Positions 51,921-62,067 of a DNA stretch of 64,000 nucleotides are shown here, in pieces (within the stretch, counting starts at the first letter, position 1; each line of letters opens with the position of its first letter). The position numbers were made by a program, and so were the translations under genes. The DNA is from a virus: positions 3,779-67,778 of IMG/VR virus record IMGVR_UViG_3300009431_000015. One strand, written 5' to 3'. The notes under the pieces are model-generated. The model had not been told where the DNA came from. It did no database searches and saw only the letters and a list, made by a program, of their open reading frames with translations.

Positions 51921-54737
51921 ATGACAACTCAACCAAGCGTAGATAAAAAAACAGGATTTAAACTTTTTCTTGAAGGAGTTCAGGTACCGTTTAATACTAT
52001 AACTATATCCGAGGCGGAGGGCAATTTTCCCACCGCTGCTATTTCATTTCCAGCGGCATCTGGGGCATTGAGAATATTGCCATCTACTATAGTTCAAATA
52101 TTTGGACCGAAGAAAGATGTAGATAGTGTTGAACAAGAGGTACTTTTATTCGAAGGTGAGACTTCTGGCATAGAATACACAAAAAGTGCTGATACCAAGA
52201 CAGCTTCATTGATATGTAACAGTTTATTATCAACGGTATTTAAAGCTACCATTCGTCCAAGTGACAGTCTCGTAACGAGTAAACTTGCAAGGCAAATGGG
52301 TGGAGATGTAGATAGCACAAAAATTTTAGCAAAGATTTCTAATAATAGCCAAATAGCCGGACCTCTTACTAATGAATTTGTGAATATATGGCAAGCAGAG
52401 TCGAAAGGCATAATAGATGATAAATTAAGTAACGTAATTCTATTTACTAAAAAATTTTTAGACTTTAACTTTACAGACTTAATGAGTATACCTTACGTAA
52501 TAGCTGGTGACTTTTTACCTTTGCCACAATTCTTTTTTAGGTATTTCGAAAAATTCGATCCATACTTCGGAGTTCAAAGTTTGTCGTATCATCTTACAAA
52601 ATCTATTTTTGCATTTCCGAATACTGCAAAAGTAACTCCATTTTTAAATAAGGTGTTATTAGCTAATATAAAAACCATGTTTAGTTTATCAACTAATCAT
52701 GACCTATCCCTTACAGATTGTTTATCCCGTTTTATGGAAATAGTGGCGTATTCAATGATTTCCCCAGCTGCTTATACTTCTACAAATATGTTTTGGGGAA
52801 AAAGTAGTAATGACTTAGGTTATCAAGTTCCAATTAGGTCATACTTTCTTCCAGATTTAGCGAATTCTCCGCCGGCTAAATTTAATGTAATCTTCCCTAA
52901 TCAAATTTATTCATTTAACTATGCACGTGATATGGTAAGTGAAAAGACCAGAATGGTTGGGGAAGTCGGGTTACCTTTTGATACACCTGGAGTACAGTTA
53001 CCAATAGGAGCGATGAGAACACACGTTGTTCCGGAAGTTAAATGGACAAAGAATGACACCTCAAAACTTCATGGTGGCCTCACAATAGAAGAAAGTTATA
53101 GAGGTATAAACCCCGGGTATCAAGTAATGGATGGAACTCTCTCAGCTGCGTTGTATTCAGGGAAGGATAGCTTGTTTAAACAGTGGCAGCGCCTGTCATT
53201 AGAGGAAAGAACCATAAATCCTTTAGGTACGCGAGACTGGGAAAGTAAAGAGACTTCAGCTAATGCAATTTCTAAAGTTAATTTTACAACCGGGTTTGAA
53301 GATAGCTTTGAACAGATGGTAGCAAAGACTTATTTCGAGGGGAAGTATGGTCAACGAAACTTCAGCGTTCAATGTAAATGGAACCCCAATAGGGTGGTCG
53401 GAGTTCCAGGGTTAGTTCTAGATATAGATGGTCCATCTGTGTTTGGAGTAATTTCTTCCATCACTACGAATATTTCAGCGGAGGGGGCTGCAATTTCTAG
53501 CGTAACTTTTCGAAGTCCAAGGTTTATTAACACCCATGAAATGGGTGGAGCATTTCAAGAAGCTAGTGAATCCTTAGATCAATATGTCATTAATGATTTC
53601 ACTAATGACGGAGCACTTTCAATAAACAATTTTCTTTTTGATGCCTATTTCTATGATTTTCTTAATATAGGATTTAATGTTTATTCTTATCTTGCTGTAG
53701 GAAAAGAAAATAAAACGACTAAGCCATTTAGTAGTTATGGTGTTTCAACTGGAGTATACTCCAGATTTAGTAAAGTATTTAACTCCGATAACTGGGAGCG
53801 TACTGAAGGTGATTATTCTATCCTGGATGTTATCCGAGATCCGGTTACTCATGCAATTACAGACACTGCAGCAACATTTGCTAGCTCAACTATTACAGAA
53901 ATTCAATATGCAAAATACTTGTATTATGCCGTTAACCAATTGATTAACAAGTATAATGCCAAAAAGAACGCAGGCACGTCTATTCTTAATACATATATTA
54001 ATAAATTTACGTCTCGAAATCTACTAAATCGTAGCGACTACTTTAATTTTATAGGAGTGGAATCCAATCTTCCTACAAAAAGTCTTCACTATAAAGACGG
54101 AGTTACCATATTTAGCAGTCCAATCTCTGTTGTTAACTTCAAAGAAGAATATGAGAAAATGAGGTCTATGGAACGTTTTCTTAAAGAAGGCAAAGAAGAT
54201 CCGGATATAGTAGTTACTAATCAAGCTCCTGGTAAAGATACAGAAGTGCTAGAGCAGCAGATAATTCGGATGGAAGACTATAACTCCAGTTTTGCTTCAT
54301 GGTTACGTATCTTCGAAAGTAAAAAAAATAAAACCAGGGCGGTAAGAATTGAATCGGGCGGTAAACAAATAGAAGTTGACGTGGATGTACCACTATTGGA
54401 TATAGCTTCTATAGGCATTGCAGATATCTATCAAAAAAGCGAGTCACAAGATGCTTTCTTTGAGGAGAGTTTCCCATCGTGGGATACCTTCTCTGTCTAT
54501 GATAGACGATATGCTTTAGATATTGATAGAGCTTGGAAAGACTATGATTTTAGATCCAAAATCATAGAAAAGGCAAATGAAGACTTATCTAAACGGAAAA
54601 ACGGAGATTTTTCTACAGTAAATAATAATCTTGATAGTAAGGTGTTTATGCCGTATAATATAACTAGGTACGCTCACGTAAAATTAGCTTTTAAGAATTA
54701 TATAAGAAGAAGTGGGTTAACATTAATAAAAGGATAA
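51921..54737 (+). CDS. Baseplate hub-like protein
   Basis: KLFLEGVQVP, LLFEGE, PPAKFNVIFP, WNPNRVVGVPG; follows tape measure. Confidence 0.6.
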   Translation: MTTQPSVDKKTGFKLFLEGVQVPFNTITISEAEGNFPTAAISFPAASGALRILPSTIVQIFGPKKDVDSVEQEVLLFEGETSGIEYTKSADTKTASLICNSLLSTVFKATIRPSDSLVTSKLARQMGGDVDSTKILAKISNNSQIAGPLTNEFVNIWQAESKGIIDDKLSNVILFTKKFLDFNFTDLMSIPYVIAGDFLPLPQFFFRYFEKFDPYFGVQSLSYHLTKSIFAFPNTAKVTPFLNKVLLANIKTMFSLSTNHDLSLTDCLSRFMEIVAYSMISPAAYTSTNMFWGKSSNDLGYQVPIRSYFLPDLANSPPAKFNVIFPNQIYSFNYARDMVSEKTRMVGEVGLPFDTPGVQLPIGAMRTHVVPEVKWTKNDTSKLHGGLTIEESYRGINPGYQVMDGTLSAALYSGKDSLFKQWQRLSLEERTINPLGTRDWESKETSANAISKVNFTTGFEDSFEQMVAKTYFEGKYGQRNFSVQCKWNPNRVVGVPGLVLDIDGPSVFGVISSITTNISAEGAAISSVTFRSPRFINTHEMGGAFQEASESLDQYVINDFTNDGALSINNFLFDAYFYDFLNIGFNVYSYLAVGKENKTTKPFSSYGVSTGVYSRFSKVFNSDNWERTEGDYSILDVIRDPVTHAITDTAATFASSTITEIQYAKYLYYAVNQLINKYNAKKNAGTSILNTYINKFTSRNLLNRSDYFNFIGVESNLPTKSLHYKDGVTIFSSPISVVNFKEEYEKMRSMERFLKEGKEDPDIVVTNQAPGKDTEVLEQQIIRMEDYNSSFASWLRIFESKKNKTRAVRIESGGKQIEVDVDVPLLDIASIGIADIYQKSESQDAFFEESFPSWDTFSVYDRRYALDIDRAWKDYDFRSKIIEKANEDLSKRKNGDFSTVNNNLDSKVFMPYNITRYAHVKLAFKNYIRRSGLTLIKG

Positions 54738-54741
54738 CGTT

Positions 54742-55632
54742 ATGTCAAACGGTTCTACAAATTCCACAATAAGTGGACCAGGAAAATCTACCGCGCCAAC
54801 TCTGGGGTATAACCCAACCAGAGATAATGCAGGACCGTCTATTAAAGGTGAGTCAACAGCGACTCAATATAGACTTAGTCCTTTTTATCAATCTTCAGAA
54901 GAAGGTATATTTTCTGGGCAAACTATAGACGCCAGTATTCCATTCAATCTGATTTTAGATAAAGATTATTATCCACTTAGTGAGCAAGTACAACTTCCAA
55001 CTAAAGAGGCACCAGCTGATTTAGATAGTTTAATTACAAGGAAAGAAAAAATCGGAGCATGTATTTATATAATAAAAAAAGATACAAACGGTAATTGGAG
55101 AATAGAATTTTTTAATAATAAATTCTATCTATCTTCTTTATCAATAAGTCTTAAGGAAAAAGCGCAAATTGCAGAAACTTTCGATAATGCAACTGTAAGT
55201 TTCTTTGATCAAAAAGTACGTATTTATTCCTTTTCAGGAACGGCAATAGACTGGACAACTTCGGATCCGGAAGCTGGATACAAAAATTTTTACCAGAGTG
55301 GGCTTATACATATGTATAATAACGTGTTAAGAGGAACTAAGTTGGTCGATAACGATAGAATAGCTGTGCTTTCAGTAGCTAATCATTATATCTATGGTTA
55401 TCCATTAAACCTAAATATTACTTATGGAGCAAATACTTTAAATCTTACACAATTTCAGATGTCATGGCTGATTTCCGAGCATCAGCTTTCATACCCGCAT
55501 ATTCATGTAGAGTCTGACTTAGAAAATTTATATAAAGTACCGACTAAAAAACAAATAAATACTGATGAATTATTAAGTATGATGGAAGATTTAGGAGGCG
55601 CTATAACCGCCGCAATACCAACATTACCATAA
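54742..55632 (+). CDS. Tail tube initiator/baseplate protein
   Basis: EKAQIAETFD...FFDQKVRIYSFSG...YNNVLRGT tube-like beta pattern. Confidence 0.5.
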   Translation: MSNGSTNSTISGPGKSTAPTLGYNPTRDNAGPSIKGESTATQYRLSPFYQSSEEGIFSGQTIDASIPFNLILDKDYYPLSEQVQLPTKEAPADLDSLITRKEKIGACIYIIKKDTNGNWRIEFFNNKFYLSSLSISLKEKAQIAETFDNATVSFFDQKVRIYSFSGTAIDWTTSDPEAGYKNFYQSGLIHMYNNVLRGTKLVDNDRIAVLSVANHYIYGYPLNLNITYGANTLNLTQFQMSWLISEHQLSYPHIHVESDLENLYKVPTKKQINTDELLSMMEDLGGAITAAIPTLP

Positions 55633-55633
55633 T

Positions 55634-56359
55634 ATGGAAGAAAAACAAATAAAGCAAATACAAGAATTAGAGCTATGGACTCGTTATAAGGCAGGCGATG
55701 AAGAAGCAAAGAAGGAACTCATTTACTCACTGAAGCCGCTGATTAATAGTCAAGTAAACAGATATAAAGGTTCTGGACTGCCACTAATATCCATAGAATT
55801 GGAAGGCATTGATATTGCTAGTAATGCGCTAGACACTTATGAACCAAGTAAGTCTCAATTAAACACACATGTTGTAAATAATTTGAAAAAACTTAGTCGA
55901 TTTGTTACTGGGTATCAAAATATTGGTCATATTCCTGAATCTAGAGTATTCCTTATAGGAAAATATAATGCTATTTTTGAGAATCTCTCAAATGATCTTG
56001 GCCGGGAGCCGACTATATTTGAATTAGCAGACGCCATGAGTATATCACCAGTAGAGATTGAACGTCTACAAACAGAACTTAGAAAAGATTTGTCGATGGA
56101 ACTAGCAGGTGATGACGAACAAAAAGGATTTTATATGTTTGCTAGACCTGAAGAAGAAGATCCACGAGCAAAGCAGGCCCGTGAATTTGTGTATTTTGAT
56201 GCTGATGCTATAGATAAAAAAATATTGGAATACACTTATGGAATAGGTGGAGTTCCTAGATTGAAATTTAATGAAATCATAAGAAGATTGAAAATTTCTG
56301 ACAGCAATTTAAAAAAAAGAAAAAAGGATTTAGCTAATAGAATAAACGAATTAATTTAA
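55634..56359 (+). CDS. Divergent sigma70-family factor (FliA/SigB-like) within the baseplate module
   Basis: YKAGDEEAKKELI, LDTYEPSK, HIPE, LSNDLGREPTIFELADAM, C-terminal HTH-like region. Confidence 0.8.
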   Translation: MEEKQIKQIQELELWTRYKAGDEEAKKELIYSLKPLINSQVNRYKGSGLPLISIELEGIDIASNALDTYEPSKSQLNTHVVNNLKKLSRFVTGYQNIGHIPESRVFLIGKYNAIFENLSNDLGREPTIFELADAMSISPVEIERLQTELRKDLSMELAGDDEQKGFYMFARPEEEDPRAKQAREFVYFDADAIDKKILEYTYGIGGVPRLKFNEIIRRLKISDSNLKKRKKDLANRINELI

Positions 56360-56361
56360 TT

Positions 56362-58470
56362 ATGGGATTAACTAATAAACAATTAGCTGGGATAAAAAAG
56401 GGATCAGAAGTTGCATCTAACGTAACAGAAGCGGTTCAGGCTTTATCTGCCATAGGTATTCATTTAGACGAAGATAGCTGTAGTTTAGAAGATATACAAG
56501 ATAAGATAACAAAGCTTGTTGGTAGATTACAAGATGATATTAAAAAAACAATAGATGATCTTTCATATCGTTCTGCAGGTAATTTTTTTCAGTTAGTTTA
56601 TGTACTATTGAAAGAATTTGTTGGGGGCGCTGCAACAGCACTGGTAGACAATTTTGTTGGGAAGGTTTTATTTGAAAGTGTACTTGGAGCTATTAATAGT
56701 GCTCTTGCTACCGTTCTTGCCACTATTCCCGGGTCTCTTTTTGTTATCCAATATTATGCTGCTGAGAGTTTGTTAACTCAATTAAAACGTAGACAAGAAC
56801 TTGCTCTGATAATACTTAACGAAATCCGTACTTTAATTTCGTGGCTAAATGCATTTAATGATGTCGGCAGTTCATTTGATATTTCATACTTCAATAATAT
56901 AAACCTGGCTCATCAACAAGTTAGAAAAGCCACAAGATTAATAGGAGCTGAAATCTCAGGGTTACAAACAGAAAGAAAACAATATGTATCTGGTAAAAGT
57001 GTTGGTAACGCAGTAGAATACATAGACAATAGTTTAGCTTATCTTACTCCAGGCTATGCTGCTGTCCAAGACCAATTAAAAGCTATACACGAAGATTTTG
57101 GATTAGAAACGGAGTTACCATTTTTAACTATTGAACTTTCCGCGGATAAAAAATTCTTGGATATTGCTAAATGGGATGTATACATAAAAGATTTGTGGAA
57201 GGAACTTGGAAATAAATTTGATTTGGGTACAAGCGAGGGGAGAGCGCAATTAAAAAAGGTTTTGTTTAGATTCCTTCCAACTCTCCCAGAGTTTTTGAGA
57301 AAGTTTGCTGTAAATACTGTGGTAGAGAATACTAGTACCGTTCTAATTGAAAGATTGCCTATATGGTCTTTGAAAATAGCCAAGAAACAAAAATGGATGA
57401 CGTGGACGTTGACTCCACCAAAAGAGTTTAGGGATTTTATTGAAATTCTAGCTGATAAAAGAAGTTACCCATTGTTCTCTAGAGCCGAGACTAAGAATAT
57501 TACTTGGCAGAGGACTATGAATAAAACTAAAATAGCCGAGTCAGCCCTGTTATTAGCTCCGACATATATGGATATTATTAAACAACATAGCGGGATGTTA
57601 AAAACTCTTCTTGACCCAGGTTATAACTATTTAAAAGCTGTCTATGATGATATGGACGGGGTCATCACTGATTTTGATAAGAACCCAATAGGAGTACGGC
57701 AATTAAATGTAGATAAAAAGTTTTCAACGTGGACAAGGAAATTAATAATGTCTAAAAACTTGTTAAGCGCAACTATCGGTGGTTCCGGTATTCAAATAAA
57801 AGGTTATGGAGAATCAGTAAATCTACAAGCGGGAGAGGTCACTGATTATTTAGTAGCTATCGAAGATGCTCTTACCAAATTAGAGACATTTATAGAGAAT
57901 AAGAATGACAGCGATGGTAAAGAGATAGGAAATCAAGTCCTAACTATTGCTAATAATAACCTGTTAGCTTTGGCTGGACAAGCTGCTGCTTTTGTAATAA
58001 ATCCTGGATTATCAGCAAATCTTATTGCTAATCTGAGAGCTGTGGAAACCTTGGTAAACGAACAGTATAAACTTGACTCAGAAGAAATAATATTTACCCA
58101 AAATTTTATGAACCAAGTCGAGCGTTTTCCTGGATTCAGTATAATAAAAAAATACGTTGATAGTCTTATAAATAAAATGGGAGATGGCAAGGCCCTGTTT
58201 ACATCTGTGCTAGCTGGCCAATTGTTAACTGGGGACCTATCATCTATTGCTGGTTATCTCGATGTAGCGGATTTCGGTTGGTCCGCGACGCAGTGTGCAG
58301 CTACTGTAGGCAAAGAAGGAATGAGTAAAGTAAGCGACTCATTGAAAAGACTTCGATTGGGTGAAAAAGAACAGAGAGATATACAACAAACAGTGACTAA
58401 CTTAAAATCAAACAAAGCAAAAATAGATGTTATGACTGCTACGTTGCAAGCATTGCCAAATTATGCTTAA
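56362..58470 (+). CDS. Large helical hypothetical protein
   Basis: 702 aa with hydrophobic stretches, located in baseplate module. Confidence 0.6.
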   Translation: MGLTNKQLAGIKKGSEVASNVTEAVQALSAIGIHLDEDSCSLEDIQDKITKLVGRLQDDIKKTIDDLSYRSAGNFFQLVYVLLKEFVGGAATALVDNFVGKVLFESVLGAINSALATVLATIPGSLFVIQYYAAESLLTQLKRRQELALIILNEIRTLISWLNAFNDVGSSFDISYFNNINLAHQQVRKATRLIGAEISGLQTERKQYVSGKSVGNAVEYIDNSLAYLTPGYAAVQDQLKAIHEDFGLETELPFLTIELSADKKFLDIAKWDVYIKDLWKELGNKFDLGTSEGRAQLKKVLFRFLPTLPEFLRKFAVNTVVENTSTVLIERLPIWSLKIAKKQKWMTWTLTPPKEFRDFIEILADKRSYPLFSRAETKNITWQRTMNKTKIAESALLLAPTYMDIIKQHSGMLKTLLDPGYNYLKAVYDDMDGVITDFDKNPIGVRQLNVDKKFSTWTRKLIMSKNLLSATIGGSGIQIKGYGESVNLQAGEVTDYLVAIEDALTKLETFIENKNDSDGKEIGNQVLTIANNNLLALAGQAAAFVINPGLSANLIANLRAVETLVNEQYKLDSEEIIFTQNFMNQVERFPGFSIIKKYVDSLINKMGDGKALFTSVLAGQLLTGDLSSIAGYLDVADFGWSATQCAATVGKEGMSKVSDSLKRLRLGEKEQRDIQQTVTNLKSNKAKIDVMTATLQALPNYA

Positions 58471-58484
58471 TAGGGATTTTTATT

Positions 58485-58940
58485 ATGTATGATATACAAT
58501 TAGTAAATTTTACAGACGATTCTAATAACACAGAGCAGGTTGCTTATTTAAACTTTTCAGCAACTAATGGAGTAGTTGTCGGGGAAAACCTTTTAGCTCA
58601 GAAGATAACAAAAAGAATCCTTACTGATAAAGGAACAAATGCCCTGTTTCCTAATTATGGTTCTAATATGTTTAAAACTTTTTCTTCATTTGATATAAAC
58701 GATAGTTCAGCTATGAGAGATCGACTAGCCATTGCCATGAAAGAAGTAGTGAATGATCTTTTAACTGAACAAGAAGACCTTATAGATGATGGAATGTATT
58801 TAGCTCCTAATGAAAAATTAGTTGATATAACTGTAAAAACAGTCACGTATAAAACGACGGCAGAGACTTGGTTAATAGAACTGGATGTTGTTTCTGAAGA
58901 TAACCAATTATCAAAACTAACTGTACCTTTAACGGTCTAA
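58485..58940 (+). CDS. gp25-like baseplate wedge protein
   Basis: GENLLAQKITKRILTDKGTNALFPNYGS; precedes baseplate J. Confidence 0.75.
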   Translation: MYDIQLVNFTDDSNNTEQVAYLNFSATNGVVVGENLLAQKITKRILTDKGTNALFPNYGSNMFKTFSSFDINDSSAMRDRLAIAMKEVVNDLLTEQEDLIDDGMYLAPNEKLVDITVKTVTYKTTAETWLIELDVVSEDNQLSKLTVPLTV

Positions 58941-58956
58941 ATGGGAAAATAAGAGT

Positions 58957-61900
58957 ATGGCTATAGATATAAAAAATTATATAAAAGAGAAGATTAAAAC
59001 AACTAATGCAGACATTGATACATCTCCAGGTAGCGTTTTTTATGATCTCCTTATAAATCCTTTGTCAGTAGTATTAGAGGATTACAGAACTCAGCACGAA
59101 ACTATTCTCGCAAATGAATCTGCTACCAGCGCCAGTGATTTATCTGAAGATGCTTTGGATGCGTTAGGGGTAAATTTTCTTGTAGAGAGAACAGCAGGAA
59201 CAAAAGCAACGGGGTATGTCACATTCTATTATTCCCAACCTGTTACATTAGATATACCAAAAGGTTTTATTATTCAAACAGAAGACGGATTAGAATATGA
59301 ATTCCCTACTGCGACGTATGTTACAAAAACTCAAATGGAAGATAACATTTCTAGTTATCCGTATTATGATTCTGGGTTAATCCCTGTTATATCTAAACTC
59401 ACAGGGGAGGACTATAATAAACCTGCTGATACAAAATTTAACGTTGTTTCTACTGGTATAAAAACCCCTGCGAAAATAACGAATGCATCGCCATTTACTT
59501 CTGGAACAGATAGAGAAACAAACACTGAGTATTATACCAGGCTGAAGTCAACAGTTTTTAACAATAGCCTCGCTTCTGCGGAAGCTATTATTAACAAAGT
59601 ATCGGAAAATTTCACATCTGTTGTAAAGACAGAGGTAGTAGGGGCTAATAATCCATTGATGGTAAGAGATCTGACTTCTCTGTCTGAAACAGTAGCTAAC
59701 TATCAAGAAGAGGATTTCTTACATACATACTCAGGTCTCCATGGTGGAACCTATGATTCGAAACATCTGGCTCTGTTTGGGGTGTTTGCTGATACAGACG
59801 AAACTGCTGAAGTAAGCATGCCTAGCATAACTGGTTGGTCAAAGGAATTTTCTGATTCAATGTATGAAGGAGTATACCTACTTAATGACATGAATTATGC
59901 TGAGACGGAGACTGATATCATAGTAAGAGAATACTTTGGTGACCTCTATGATGACGATGTTCAAGTCGACTTGGCCTTAATTTTGGCTTCTGGTAATTGG
60001 CAAGTACATGACGGCATTAATCCATCTCAAAGTTTATTTTATGTTGATGAAGTCAGAATAGATTCAGATCAGTTAGTCTTAGGTAAATATTTAGATCCTG
60101 ATGATGATAAAGAGCAATCCATAAGTATTAGCTTAACTACTATTAGTGGAATAATGGATTTACTTTCATCAGATGTCCTTGATTCAAGTACATACGCACA
60201 TCAGCAATTGACAGATTTAATTGCTCCAACAAATTTTAATAACACTGCCCCTATTTTTCATAAACAAATTGATCAACACTTAGGAGTTCAGATAGATTGT
60301 ATTATGAACACAACAGATAACACAGAAAATGGAGAAATGTGTTATATAACTCTTCTTAGACATTCTGAAGTTTTTCTACCACACGACGGTTATGGTCTTG
60401 CTTGGAGAAAGCAACCAGAATTTTTGGTTAGATTAAACCAGGGTGCCGGTTATTACACAGATGCGGATGTAGAACTTTTCCAAGAACAATACGGCGTTAA
60501 CCCAGTAACTGAGGGGTTGGTCGGAAGCAACTATATTAAAACCCATTCCGAATATTGGAAATATAATGTGTATCTTGTAGATAACGATGTTCTTCAAGAG
60601 GAGGTATGGGTTGGCCATGATCAGATGTGGGACCAAACTTCCGGCACAAACCAATTCTTGGTAGCTGGTAAAGTCTGGATAGAGAAAGAAGTTGATTATG
60701 GATTCAGATTAAAAATATACCAAACGCTTGGTTTCGAAGCGTGGGTTTTCGAGAATGATAGTCCACCCGCTGATACTTATTCATCTGCTAATCGAGTCCT
60801 GAATCGTGGAGCTACTTATCCACCATATGTACCAGTGTCTGGCGATAAAGTAACGCGCTCAAACGGAGTAGATGTACTTGAGACATCACAAAGTCACTTC
60901 GGAGTAGCAGTTGCGCAAACACGGAATTGCGAATGGCGTCTTGATGAATTAAGTATTAGATCATTTATAGAAAACTTTCCAATGCACTTATTTAGGTTTA
61001 AATTAAATGCATTAGAAAGTGATTGGGATATCGCAAATGATGCCTTAAATATACAATATTATGGGGTTGGTTATGACCCAGTTCAATATGCTCTTGCCGG
61101 TGACACCGGGCATTCAAAGGTCAAAGCTGTTGTTTATAATGTAACAGAGGATGAATGGGAGACTATAGGAACCCATGAATATACTATTGATGACTCCCGA
61201 GCTTTGCAATTAATAGAAGGCGAATATGAAACACTTTCTGATTACGTAGATTCTGATATGTATGTAAACGTAGCAGCTACAGCTGCTAATAGTGGTCCAA
61301 CTTTTACCGATGATACTGAACATGCTCTGGTAAGTTACTATTGCCGTATAGATAATACCATAGCTAGTGGGATTCACAGAGGAAACGCAACTGATATTTA
61401 CGTTTATGATCCTGATAATATCCAGGTAGGCACCACCGTTGTCGCTATTAATGGAAATTCTTTAGTGACAAATACAACGGCGTTCCCAGGGTATATAGCA
61501 GACTTTACAGAAATTCGAGAATATGTTTCTAAGGTTCCTTATGATACGGACGGATACACTATTACTAATAATGATGACGGCCTATCTTTCACTGACTCAG
61601 CTAATTACAGTATCACTTTTGATGCTGATGATTTGACAGGCTCATTAATAGAATTGGAATATCGTTATTGGACACAAGGTGAACTTGTTAATGATCTTTT
61701 TAATAGCTCAGCTAGTCGTTACCCGGCTTCTGATATTAAAGTAAAGGTGATGCCTTTAACTATCATCGAGATAGAAAATTTAGAGTATTCTGGTGGATTA
61801 GAAGAGGCTGAGATGAAAACAAAGATAAAAGAATATTTTAATGCCTTAACAACAGGTTCATTTGATAAATCTGACCTTGTAGACGTATTATATGACAATA

Positions 61901-62067
61901 ATGCTGATTATGTTAATTTAGATATTACAATAAATATTACGCGGTATAAACCAGATTTCACAAAAGAAACTATTACTATGGACGGACAAACGTACACAAT
62001 TCCGTCTGATTCGGTCAGTGCCTTTTATACTACTGATGATAAACTATCTGGAGTGACTAAAGTATAA
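58957..62067 (+). CDS. Baseplate J/gp6-like wedge protein with large insertion
   Basis: SPGSVFYDLLINP, LDALGVNFLVERTAGTKATGYV, GEDYN, SGTDRETNTEYYTR. Confidence 0.85.
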   Translation: MAIDIKNYIKEKIKTTNADIDTSPGSVFYDLLINPLSVVLEDYRTQHETILANESATSASDLSEDALDALGVNFLVERTAGTKATGYVTFYYSQPVTLDIPKGFIIQTEDGLEYEFPTATYVTKTQMEDNISSYPYYDSGLIPVISKLTGEDYNKPADTKFNVVSTGIKTPAKITNASPFTSGTDRETNTEYYTRLKSTVFNNSLASAEAIINKVSENFTSVVKTEVVGANNPLMVRDLTSLSETVANYQEEDFLHTYSGLHGGTYDSKHLALFGVFADTDETAEVSMPSITGWSKEFSDSMYEGVYLLNDMNYAETETDIIVREYFGDLYDDDVQVDLALILASGNWQVHDGINPSQSLFYVDEVRIDSDQLVLGKYLDPDDDKEQSISISLTTISGIMDLLSSDVLDSSTYAHQQLTDLIAPTNFNNTAPIFHKQIDQHLGVQIDCIMNTTDNTENGEMCYITLLRHSEVFLPHDGYGLAWRKQPEFLVRLNQGAGYYTDADVELFQEQYGVNPVTEGLVGSNYIKTHSEYWKYNVYLVDNDVLQEEVWVGHDQMWDQTSGTNQFLVAGKVWIEKEVDYGFRLKIYQTLGFEAWVFENDSPPADTYSSANRVLNRGATYPPYVPVSGDKVTRSNGVDVLETSQSHFGVAVAQTRNCEWRLDELSIRSFIENFPMHLFRFKLNALESDWDIANDALNIQYYGVGYDPVQYALAGDTGHSKVKAVVYNVTEDEWETIGTHEYTIDDSRALQLIEGEYETLSDYVDSDMYVNVAATAANSGPTFTDDTEHALVSYYCRIDNTIASGIHRGNATDIYVYDPDNIQVGTTVVAINGNSLVTNTTAFPGYIADFTEIREYVSKVPYDTDGYTITNNDDGLSFTDSANYSITFDADDLTGSLIELEYRYWTQGELVNDLFNSSASRYPASDIKVKVMPLTIIEIENLEYSGGLEEAEMKTKIKEYFNALTTGSFDKSDLVDVLYDNNADYVNLDITINITRYKPDFTKETITMDGQTYTIPSDSVSAFYTTDDKLSGVTKV

